A model generated the notes under the pieces. The model worked only from the letters and a program-made list of their open reading frames with translations. It was not told where the DNA came from and did not search any database. Below are positions 35,406 to 47,139 of a stretch of 64,000 nucleotides of DNA, piece by piece. Position numbers and translations under genes: made by a program. The first letter of the stretch is position 1. Every line of letters begins with the position of its first letter. Source of the stretch: Lenisia limosa. Taxonomy: Eukaryota; Protista; Breviatea. The DNA lies in the NCBI GenBank assembly GCA_001655205.1, contig LPNZ01011689.1, positions 6,941 through 70,940 on the forward strand, read 5' to 3'.

Positions 35406-38400
35406 ATGCAGCGTTCAGAGCGTAATCTAGACCTTACACATGCTGCAAATGACGAAGAAGAAGCTCAGATATACGGGAACAGTAGCAGTTCGTCGTCTTC
35501 ATCGTCATCTCCGTATGAAGCCACCAGTCCTTCCCCACTGCCCCCTCGTGTTTATGAGGAACCTCCTCAGGTAGTGATCGATCCAGTCCCTTCCCAGCCC
35601 CAAGCATCCCCTGCCAAACCTGTGGTTTCCTCTCTTTCCCCACAACGATCACTTGCCTTTGCCTCATCCGAAACCTCGCCCCTTGCATCTAAGCGTGTCC
35701 GTGGCCGCGCCTTGAACATCAACACCCTCGCAATTGCGAAGTCTCCTGAGACCTCAGACCAGCCCACCACCCCGATTCGGTCCCGAAAGCCCAATGTCGC
35801 CATGCAGGTGAGTTCTTATCCGCTCTATTCAGGCTCATGTTGTGCTTTTCTCCACTCTTATTCCACAGATCGAAGGGAATAGTCCGGAGCCTCGCAAGGA
35901 AAAGAACGAAATTATTGCACCACAGGTGGGGGTTTTTCATTCGATTCCGGAAAGCAATACAACTCAGTTACAGTTACTGTTGGATAGTTGAGATCATTTT
36001 ATTTTTTCTGAGCCATTTTTCTTTTCCTTATTTTTTATCGATATCATTCATTACCTGAAGCACCTGTATCTCCCTCACTCTCCAGCGGCAGTTCCAGAGT
36101 TACCGCTATAACGAGGATCATGAGGCAGAAGTTGGCGATCTGAGGATGACTATCGAGGTGGGTTGGATTAGCGCAAAAAGAGAACTATATTGTGAGAGAA
36201 AGATGCCACGTTGTCTCATCTGTTTAATGAATGTAGCAAACACACAAAAAACACCCAAAGTCCAAGACCATGGCAGTTGGCCTGTTCCTTTGTCTGAATA
36301 TTGGCGTTGACCCTCCAGATCATGTGAGTGCCCTCAAAGAGAAGTTGCTCTAACTGCCCGTAGGTCAAACCAGCCAAATGCTGTCGTTTGGAGTGCTGGT
36401 TGGACCCCTTCGCAGACGTTCCGCAGAAGATGCTTGAAAGCATTGGTGACAAACTCGTTGCCCAATACGCTTCATGGCAGGTTTGTTACGAAGTCCTCTG
36501 TATTTGTTTTCACGCTCAAGCCTCGTGCTAAGCTGCGACCGTGTCTTGACCCTACCCCGGAGGAAATGAAGAAGCAGTGCTTGGCCCTCAGGCGCAACGC
36601 CAAGGTTGGCTTTAGATAGCACTGTCAGCAATAACCGCCCCCAGGACGAACGGGTTCTGTTCCACTTCAACGGACATGGGGTACCAAAGCCCTCCGATGC
36701 TGGCGAAATATGGGTCTACAACACGAACTACACGCAGTATTTGCCCATTGGGCTTCACGAAGTCCACCAATGGCTTGGTAGGAAGGGTTCGATTGTGTCA
36801 TGTGTGGTGTGGCATTTTGCTGTCTCACCCCCAGGAACGCCTACTATCCTGGTGTTTGACTCTCCATGTGGCAAGAAGATCCTGGATTTCTATTTGGAGT
36901 TTGCTCAGAAAGACTTTGAGTATGCGGTTTTCCTTCTATCTACAATATCATGTATACTGTTCCTTATGATATTCTTACATAGCTTTTTCAGTTATTTTTG
37001 TATCTGTTCTACTCATTTATGCACTTGCTCGCTCCACTTATTCTGTTCTCTAACCCATTCAGCCATCAAGCTGGCATGTCAGACAGGGTAAGACCGGTAA
37101 TGGTATTTGTTGTGATTATGAGCCCCCCTCCCGCCATTAACGTCGTGTTTAGAACCCCCTTGAGGACATCATTATCTTGGCTCCTTGCCAGTCTGAAGAC
37201 AGCCTCCCCACAACGCCCATCTACCCTGTGAGCCTGCTACTCTACCAGGCGATGTTACCATGCTCTGCTGATGATGATTCTGACACATTAGGCCGACATC
37301 TTCACAGCTTGTCTCACAACTCCCATCAAAATGGCCATCCAGTGGCATCTTCAACAGACTCAGGCCACCCTGTTTGCAGGGTTCATTGGGCATAGCTACC
37401 TCTTGCGGCAGATATGTTATTCTCATCTTTCATTGACATTCATATCACTTGTGAGCATATTTTTGACTCGGCTTTAGTTTACCAGCTGACATTGACAAAA
37501 TGATCGATTGTATTCCTGGCCAACTCAACGCCCGCAAAACACCCCTTGGTGAACTGAACTGGGTCTTCACAGCCGTTACCGACACTATCGCATTCAATAC
37601 GCTGGAAAAAGGTGGGTCCGTTGCATTGAAATAACGATCAAGAAACCTTCCACAAGATCTTCCGACTTGACCTCATGTTGGCGTCGCTGTTCCGGAACTA
37701 CTTCCTTGCCGAGCGTATCCTGAGATCCCTGGGTAGAGTGCCGGTTACATATCCAAAACTGCCGCCTGCGTTCCAGCACCCAATGTGGAAGGTAGGCCGT
37801 GTTATGCGATGTTGACCTTCAGACATGGGATACCGCGTTGGACGCTGTGCTGCGTCAGCTGCCGGGGCTGAAGTCTGGTCTGCCCTACGAACCGACGACC
37901 TTCTTCGCTGACCACTTGCAAGCTTTTGAGGTCGGCTCGTCTGTTGTCGTGACGGTTTAGACATGGTTGGACTTNNNNNNNNNNNNNNNNNNNNNNNNNN
38001 NNNNNNNNNNNNNNNNNNNNNNNNNNNNNNNNNNNNNNNNNNNNNNNNCTGCAGGTAGGATGCGGGTAAGTCATGCAGTGCCTTTTGATCAGCCCATTGC
38101 AATTCACTTCTCTCTTGTAGAACCTTCTCTCTCAAGCGCATCGTGTCTGGGCCCTCACTCTGCTCTGTCGGTATTTGGACTCGGGTAGCACGGCTGTCTC
38201 GACAGCCATCCAGCTTGGCATGGCGCCCTACATTCTCAAGCTCCTCAAGGTGAGTATCGGGTATCGTGGCGTTTCTCACACTTCAGTCCAACCAAGGCGG
38301 GCATTTGGAGTCTCTGGTGTTCCTTTGGGCCAAACTCATTGCCTATGACGACTCCCGCAAGCCCGACCTTGTGAGGGAGAGCCAGCACATGAAAATGGTG

Positions 38401-41400
38401 GAGGTTCTCAAGGACCCTGAAATGGTGAGACAGCCCTGGTGGCATGGTGGTTTCTTGACATGTCTAACACACCAGGTGTCGTCCCCAATTCTTGTTGCTA
38501 TGGCTGCATTTGTACTTCAAACCGTTGCCAATGATGTGGGTCTAAATAGAATAGTTCTAAGTGCATTTATGTGACTGCAATTTTTTAAGTTGGATTACCA
38601 TTGCTATGCTCGTTATTCTTTGCATTGTGTAGCTGACAACGTAGTTTCCCCAAGGTCAACGTGCAGTTGTGGAAACTGGGGTAGAAGGGGTTCATTGTTG
38701 TCTCACTATGGACAGTGCTTTGACTTTGTAGTGTTTGAACCTTGCACTGATTCTTGTTGACACTTCGACTAGTGTGCTCGTGAGACGCACCTGCATGGTC
38801 ATGATCGCCGCGGTATGTGACTGGCCTTTTTATCCTATCTTCTGCAGCATTGCTGACATGTAGGTTGTGCGTGACTCCGATCTCAACAAGCACACCGCCC
38901 TCAATGAGGGTGTTGCCGAGACACTGATGGACGTGGCTCGGAGTAGATCCGACCCAGGTAAGCAGCTGTTCGTGCAATACCGTTCTGACTGGACAGAAAT
39001 CAGGGCAGCCGCCGTGTTTGCAATTGCGGCTCTCATCGGCACAGGCACTGAGTTTTCTATTTCTATTCATGAGGTACGTCGGCCTTTCGGCGTGGCAAAG
39101 CCTGGGGCAGGAAGTGGGACATCATATACACAGTCGGCTCACCCTCCAGGACCATGAAGTGTCCCTTGACCTTGCCCTCGCCCTTGCTGCATGCGCGTGT
39201 CAGGCGTCTGCGTCGGGTCTTCTCAGGAGAGAGGTGGGGGGGGGGTCATGAATACCTTGATTGCGAATTGGAAGGGCGTCCATGTCGTCGATTTGCCGAA
39301 TAACGCAGCAGGTCGTGGCCGTTGTGGCTGCCGTCGGGAGCAGTATGTTCGCAACAATGAGGTGAGAGATACCGCTATTTCACCGGCCGTTGTTCACCGA
39401 AGTGGGGTGTTAACTCTTCAGACCTGTTGCTACTCAAATGATCGAAGAAGACCTCCTTCTTCGTGAAAAGATTTACCCGTCCCCAAGTATGCTACTTAGT
39501 TATTCACACTCGCGCATTATTTTCCTCATTTTTGCAGCCCCTGTTTCCGCCTCCACGCCCCGCGCCAAGTCTGCCGTCCCGATTCCTTGCTCCACCCCCA
39601 CTCCCAATACCCACGAAACCACACCCTCGTCGTCGCCTGGAAGATCGTAAGCCGACCACGCCGCCGTATTCCTCTGACCCCCCAGGGCCGCGAGCTTGAG
39701 TCCCGACGCCGAGACGGCTGCTTCCATCCTGAAGACGCTGCAGTCGCTTTGCTGGGACCCTCTCGAGGATGTCGCCAATTCTGCAATACAGTGGGGCCCT
39801 GGGTTTTCCCACCCCTGCTTTTCAAGCTTATCGTTTAGGGTTTTCTCATTGCTCTCTGCCAAGCCTGATATCTCCACTACCCCCCTTCCTGTCGAACATA
39901 AAGTGAGCTGTCCCATCCATATTTGGCAAAACTATTTACCAACCCCCCTTCACTGCTTAACCCTTACACTCCAGGCCCCCGCCCCCAAGCCGCCTATGGG
40001 TGTGTTTGACCGTCTTCTTAGGAAGGTGAGCCGCGTGTTCATGTGGCTTTCTATAATCACAAGGCAAATGATTGTGTGAATTAATATTATTCTATAATCC
40101 AATATCTATTAGAAGCGTGANNNNNNNNNNNNNNNNNNNNNNNNNNNNNNNNNNNNNNNNNNNNNNNNNNNNNNNNNNNNNNNNNNNNNNNNNNNNNNNN
40201 NNNNNNNNNNNNNNNNNNNNNNNNNNNNNNNNNNNNNNNNNNNNNNNNNNNNNNCTCTTTCACACACAATATATTTCATAAAACCCGTTTTTTTGCCATT
40301 TCCAAGCAGAAGTAATGAATTAGGCCACGTCACATGCGCACCTCGAAGTTGCCAGTAGTCCGCCCGCCTCTCCAACCACCCACGACCTCGCACGCCACCC
40401 CACCATCGACCTTTCTCAGTACATTTCGGTTGGTCCCTGCTGGCTCAATTGCATCGCTAAATCTCTCGATTCAAGACCCTCGGATGGAGTCAACATATTG
40501 AGGTCTTCACAACCCCCAGCACTCATCCGATCCGCCCGAGAAGTTGACTGAAATGGGGCGATCCTCTTTCGACACCTGGACAGCGCTGAGCTTCATCCAC
40601 CCCATCCTGCCGTCCAATTCGCCATTGTAAGCGTTGCGGAAGCCTTCAGAAGTAACCATGCAGTTGGACTCCAGATCAGCAGACGGCAGTCCCGTCCAAG
40701 GGTCTTGATGACGAACTGTTTACTGATGAGGAGGAAGTGGGTCATGGCATCGTTTATACAACCATTACACTCCTTTGAGTGTACTACTATGGCGACTATC
40801 CTTTAACTCATGAAGCCTGATGCCGACACTATTACCCCATCCGGTATTCGGAGTATTTACGACGCAAACGGAGGTGTGTGGCCAAATATGAAGACCATTT
40901 TTCTGGCCTGCAATTTCTTTTATGATGAGCATTGTTTTTTTTACCTGCGCAGGTTGCCCCAACATCATCACCGGCTGCCTTGGCCTTTCGACCCTCCCGC
41001 CCCCGGCAAACATGCCATTCGAGGAGAACTTCAAAGACATTGCCTGTGACGAGGAGTACAAAATGTCAGCTCGAGGCTCCGCGTTTACTCTCTGAAAGGC
41101 TGAACTGACTTTTGCAGTCGAATGCAGAACACTCTCGAACCTGAGGACCTTGCTCCCTCCGAGTTTATCCAGGCCACCACCCTCATGACTACTAAGGAAG
41201 AAGACAGAGCCCATAAGGTGCGGCCCGGTTCCAACGAGTCAATACCCTGCATTAACGTACCTCTAGGACGAAATCCACATTTCCACGTTCTGCGGTCTGC
41301 TTCCACTCAATGTCGCTGCTGCAAACAGAGAAATCACGTGGGTTTCCCACATGTTCACATTTGAGATAAATTGCTTGACACGAAGAAAACACTAACCTCT

Positions 41401-42911
41401 TAGGGTATGGAACACTGAAACCCGCGAGTGTGTCAAGCGATTCAGCAACAGAAACCCCAATGGGTCGAAAATCACTTCACTTGAAATTGCCAATTCCGAT
41501 ACGGAGAGGTATGCGATTACTGTCTCTTTTCTTTGGGCTACTTTTGGGTTGCCTGGTTTCCACTTACCCTTCGAGCAATGCCCTATTCGAGTGTTGAGTT
41601 TCTTGTATTTTGAGTCTTAGATATTTGCCTCTGACACCACCATCCATCCTTTTTTTACCGGCTAGCCCCCTCGTGATGGCGGGAAGCAATGACGGTGTTG
41701 TGCGAGTTTGGAAGAACGCCCACTTTGTTGTTCAGCCCTCAATGGTCACCGCGTGGCGCGCCGCCGACATCCTCCCTAGGCAATCGTAGGCGGCACATCA
41801 TGATCAACTGATCCATTCAGCAAAGTCCTTTCACCCGGCATGGTCATGTTCTGGAGGCAAAACGCGGCACGCCTCTTGGTGTCGGGAGATATCCCGTGAG
41901 GGGGTAATAGGTGCCTGTTGTTACAGCTGTTGATTGTGTTGACCCAGTGTGACTTTCAGGACCATCCGTATTTTCGACGTGCAAAGAGAGATGCTGGCGG
42001 GAGACATTCCGACGCATTGCCAGGCCTCCATCACGAGCCTCACAAGTGACCTGGTAAGCATCTTGCAACGTAACCCTCACTTTGCAGCTGTCTGTTGGCG
42101 GTGACGTCCGCGGCAGTCAAGTCATTGCTGGTAAGCCCTCCGTTGTTTTGCCTGATATGGATGACGCTTTTCCCTCGTCACTCTATAGGCTGTGGGGATG
42201 GAGCGGTGAGAATGTACGATCTTAGAAACCCACCAGCCTCTGTGTTAGTGGCCACTCTTGACGGGCACAAGGTGGGTGTGCTCAATAGCTGCATTCAGAG
42301 TGGATTGGCTGTTCTCAAACCCCAGGGCTATGTTGTTGGCACAACACAGAAGGCGAACAACTCAAACGAGCTCATTTCTGCAGGCCATGGAGGTAAGGAC
42401 AAAAGATTCTTTCCTCTAACTTTTCAATATTACTTATCTTCTATTGTCCAAAAGGTGGCTTAACTCTCAGGAACTATCCGGATGTGGGACCTTCGGATCC
42501 AAAAGTGTCATCGGACCATTTCAGCCCATCAGTCTCGTCTCACCGCCTTTGCTGTCCACCCCTTCCTGCCCATCGTAGCCTCAGCAAGCTCTAACAAATG
42601 TGTCAAGGTAGGCTAGAAACGAGCTGTTCTGATCTTTAGATCTTCGACGGGCAAGGTCGGAACCTCCAAATGATCCGACACTCCTCAGACTTCACTGGCA
42701 CGCGAATAGGCAACGTCGTGCATCTCAGATACCACCCGCACAACTACAGGTCTGGTCCTCGTCTTGTCAAGCAAAATAATATGATATCTTTTTATATATT
42801 GCATTTGGACCTATTATACATATTATATCTTGGCTGTGTTCACTTTGTAGTCTCGGGACTGTTCACAGTGGCAAAGTCAGTGTCATTGTTCCAAAGGATT
42901 TGCCACAATAG
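35406..42911 (+). CDS. RPTOR: Raptor/KOG1 (TORC1 scaffold): RNC domain, HEAT/armadillo repeats and WD40
   Basis: [10 protein letters not shown]; [28 protein letters not shown]; [15 protein letters not shown]; [18 protein letters not shown]; [19 protein letters not shown]; [14 protein letters not shown]; HPMW; C-terminal WD40 exons ([32 protein letters not shown]). Confidence 0.95.
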
Positions 42912-43080
42912 CTTTTTTTCTTGTTTCTATGCTCATGGTTGTTTAGATTTATCACTTTTTCTTCATTCAATACATTTTTGCAATAAAGCTCAAGTGTAAC
43001 TAGGTACATGACCTGCCAGAGTAAGGATGAAATCTGAATTAGAAATGTAGACCAAAACCGAAACAATAAATAAATCAAAA

Positions 43081-46000
43081 CTAGGCCTGTATTGAAACGC
43101 GACAGTCCTCAACAGCCACAAAAGTCTCTCCCGACTCGATATCATGCACGTACATTGCCGGCAGGGCCACAACGCCTGGACGTAAGCCTAGGACGCTCAC
43201 TCCTCGAGTGCTACTGCAGCCTGCGTTCACCACTCTGATGATGAACAAAAGGAAACTATTCGTTTTTCAAGGTGCACAACCACAGTTCGAGCGGGAAACA
43301 GGCATATGGTATCACAGTGTCTGGTTATCATCGGTATCCGATGTTGTTTTTGATACAGATGATCACCAAACTGTGATATGATCTCGTGAAAAGGTTGAGA
43401 GAGAAGTGCACACCCAATTGAGGTGCCCCCATACCCCATTTCAACAGCGGCATCAATTGCAATGACACTGGGCGTGGATAATCGAGTCTCCACTGCTGTA
43501 CAGGCCGAAGACGCCCAATCTGAAGTTAGTGAGCAAGGGTCGTAACCTACCAACAGGCTTGAAAGGCATTGGTGGAGGCTTGCGTCTGCTCGGCTGCAGG
43601 GTGAGAAAAGAGCATCTTCCACTGTTTTATGACGAAATTGTACAATCTTTCTTCCAAGGCTGTTTGCTCACAGTTCCAGGTGCTCTATTTAGACTTGACT
43701 GTCGCGAGTGTCCCGATACAGGTGTCGCGAGATTGACCATAAGACTTTCATTAAAGCGGGAGTCTGATATCTTCCTATGATGCCTATGGAGTAAAAGGTA
43801 GAGGTTACATACCCCTTTTGGTGGCTGTCTGAAAGGTGCTGTAGTAGAGGAGCTGTCTCTGCCGTCTGAAACGTGTCAGCCTCCAGTCAAACATAATATC
43901 AGCACCTCGTTCAAATAATTGCGATATTCCAAATTCATATTTAATGACAGTAAAAGTACTACTATATGTACGTATTCCTAATTATTGCCGGAGCCCCACC
44001 AATGAATTAGAGAACGGTCCGGCCGGGACAAGCGTGCGTGTTATACTTGGTGTGGAGGGACGGGTCAGCTCGCGGCTCAGGTGGTTCTGAATCGTAAGAG
44101 ACGGAATCAAGAATGGAATCAGGAGGCAAACCTTGAGGGGATTTGGTGACGCTGGAACACAAGAAAAGACCGTTTGTCGTCGTATGCTGCTATACGCTGG
44201 CTAAATGGTCACACGTTTCAGAAAGGAATGCATCTACGCCCACCCCCCAAACTGAGTCTAAAACCTCTGAAATTGAAGGGTTGTTGGGCTGAGGCACACT
44301 GTTAATGCTGAGTGGAGGTGCGGGGGCTACACAGTCAAAAAGATGTATTCTTCACGGCCATTGGAAAGCAAATGATATGGTTGTAGTGCACCAACAGATA
44401 TCACGAATGACATACCAGCGTAACCAGGATGCGGGACAAGATCGGGGGAGTTGCCAATCTGAGATTGGGACTGAAAGGTCAGATTCGAAGAGAGGCTCAC
44501 TTCTGGGGTCACGCTTGCGCTGATGGGTATGGCTGAAACGGGTAGAGCTGTGGCAGGGTTGGCGGGAAGCAGCTATATAGATGAGGCAATGTTGAAATTT
44601 GAGAAGAGAAGACTGTGAACTGCATACATCGGATGGGGCAGGGTAGACGGCTAGTTTCCTATTTCGGGTGGAGGTATTATGGACAGTCAATGCGACTGTA
44701 CAGGGGACATGCAGTTCCAGAACAGCGGGTGCTGAAGAGTCAATACAGCTCTTGATAGTTTAGCCCCCCCCCCCTCACGTTCCACAGTAAGTTGAAGACC
44801 AGAATCGCTGGGACATGGGGTGTACAAAGGATATTCGCAAGTCACCCTCGGATATTGATAGCCTGGAGATCCAATATCCGGAAGGGCCTCTGAGGAGTCT
44901 GGGCCAGGCCAAATAGACTTTCCATAAACAGCAAGTTGCGGACATGACCACGTCACCATTACCATGTTATCCGTTTGAGTCCGAACTACGAGCAATGAGC
45001 CGATGACAGCAGCCAAGAGAAGAGCGACCCAACCCACTGAAGCCAGGCGGCCGGAACAGTATGGTCTCCTCATCACCCGGGTTGAGACGGATGTTTTTCT
45101 GCAGGATGTCAAAAGCCCTGTATATCAGTAGATTTATCAGAACCTTAGTCTAAATACAGATTAAATACAAAAGTGCTGAGTACGTTAGCTTGCTTGCAAT
45201 TTAAGTTGAAGTGAAAACAGATTTAAAGTAGGTTATAGTTCCAAAACCTGGCTCAGTCGAAGGACAAAAGGAAGCGTAAAGGAGTGTAACTTGTGTGTTT
45301 TAGATTTAGTGCATTAAAAGTAATTATTATTGAGATAAGAGAACAACAACTATGATTTTCATAATGACCAAAACCGAGTAAAATTCTCGTAAAAAGTAGT
45401 AAAAATATAATGTCGTGACAATTTTCTCGAACTATGACCAGCTTTAAAGGCTTTTATATTTAGAGACAAACGGCCTTAGATAAAACCACCCAATTGGTAC
45501 AAACTGGGTATAATATGATAGTAACCAAAACGTTTGATGCTCTAATAATAGAGGATGGGAGACAAACCGTGTTTTCACCAGAGAGCCAAAGTGGCGAGTC
45601 AATAACATCAGCTTGGAGTGTAACTGATGTAATGTAAACCGGACTATCAGGCATTGTGTTTCTTAAGGCCACAGTTACAATTGACTCACTGCACACCATG
45701 GAAGTGGTGGAAATCACCTAATGGGTCAAAACAAGCAGACAGGACACACCTCCAAGGGGTCAAGGACGGACAATGGCGACTCGACTGTGATGACCTCCTG
45801 TGCTGTCGGCGGCACAACTGCCAAGGACCGCAATCGTGTCAATCGGTCCAACTCTATGAAGTTAGCACGATAAGCTAAGACAAACGTCGCGGCGGGTCAT
45901 ATATTCTGTGGTCCAGGGGAGGCTTAATGGTGACTTCAAGGTATAGGCCTTCTGTTGACAATTCATGCGGTGGTAGCGCTGGATATGTTTATCAATGGAT

Positions 46001-46734
46001 GGCAACAACTTACAAATTGGAATTGCCAATCTGTGAGCAACACTATTTTCACTCAGTCTAAATGCATGTTGATTGACACTTCCTGGAATGTCCTCTGGAG
46101 AGTTAATACGTTCAGTACTCCGCGCATTGCAACCTTTGATAATTGGTGACGACTCTTGCTGATATTGGAACATCCTCGGTGTATGTGTTGTTGCTATGTA
46201 GCGACAGCCATCATGCTCTAAATAATAACTAAGCTACCATATACCATATATATATATATGATTTAATCAACATAAATTAAATAGTAAACCAGATCAAGTA
46301 GCTGAATCGGATATAATGTACTCTGAATATTCAAAAATGTTGGTGGAATCATGTTGGTAGATTTCGATTGAACTCAAAAATAATATTTCCAGTGGAACAC
46401 ATTGTATCTTCTCAACCCAAGTCCCACGTTTTGATCCGACTAGTGCAAGAGTTACCAAGTCATCAAGCATCGGGATACATTCCGATTTCTCTGTCTACAG
46501 AGGGGTAACCATGTCTAATAAGGCAACTTCAANNNNNNNNNNGAACTTCACCTAAAGAAAAATAAGCAGTAAGAAGAAACAACCAACCTTGCAAGACATA
46601 TCTCCGTTGCGGCTGGGTAAGATCATAGGAAGGGTCCCCAGTTGGCTGAATTATTAGCTGTTTGCTGGTATCGGTTATTTCCATACTTGTTGTGGTAAAA
46701 AAAGGTCAAAGGTGATGAACTTGAGGCTTGCCAT
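43081..46734 (-). CDS. TRAPPC14: TRAPP II-associated subunit, TRAPPC14 (C7orf43/MAP11)/Trs65-like
   Basis: N-terminal QRRYVLQG, then LSVLDPLEVISTTSMVCSESIVTVALRN, MVMVTWSCPQL, LQLTVEPPAVLELHVPCTVALTVHNTS and C-terminal VSVLGLRPGVVALPAMYVHD. These match remembered TRAPPC14 blocks (RRNHLYLGE, LTVLPPP, VVQWSTPKL, FTVTYTLLNN, FQALRTGLFE) in the same order. Confidence 0.6.
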
Positions 46735-47139
46735 CTTGAAGAATAAGAAAGGGGCGCGACTAAGGTTATTTACTCTAATAAATAATTTTTCTGTAATGTT
46801 GCTATGAGACTAGATTGACTAGATTCCACATACTAGCTCAGAAGCTCAGAAGTACATCAGCTTGGCATCAGCGAATCAGCGAATGAGAAGTGATTAATAA
46901 AAATAATACGTAGGGGTACTAATATTCTCAGACCTACTGATTTTGCGAAAGAGAACACAAGTTCTCACAAGAAAGAGCAAGCAGGTGGTAAGCAGAATAA
47001 TAAAGAACTAAAGAACCTTATAACCTTATATATAACCTTATAAGAAGCATATTAGTGGTTTTTATGTGACACGTTAAAGCAGGCTCTGTCGCCCTCATTG
47101 GCGGCTGAAAGCTTTTGTAGTGTTAAACTCCGCTGCATC

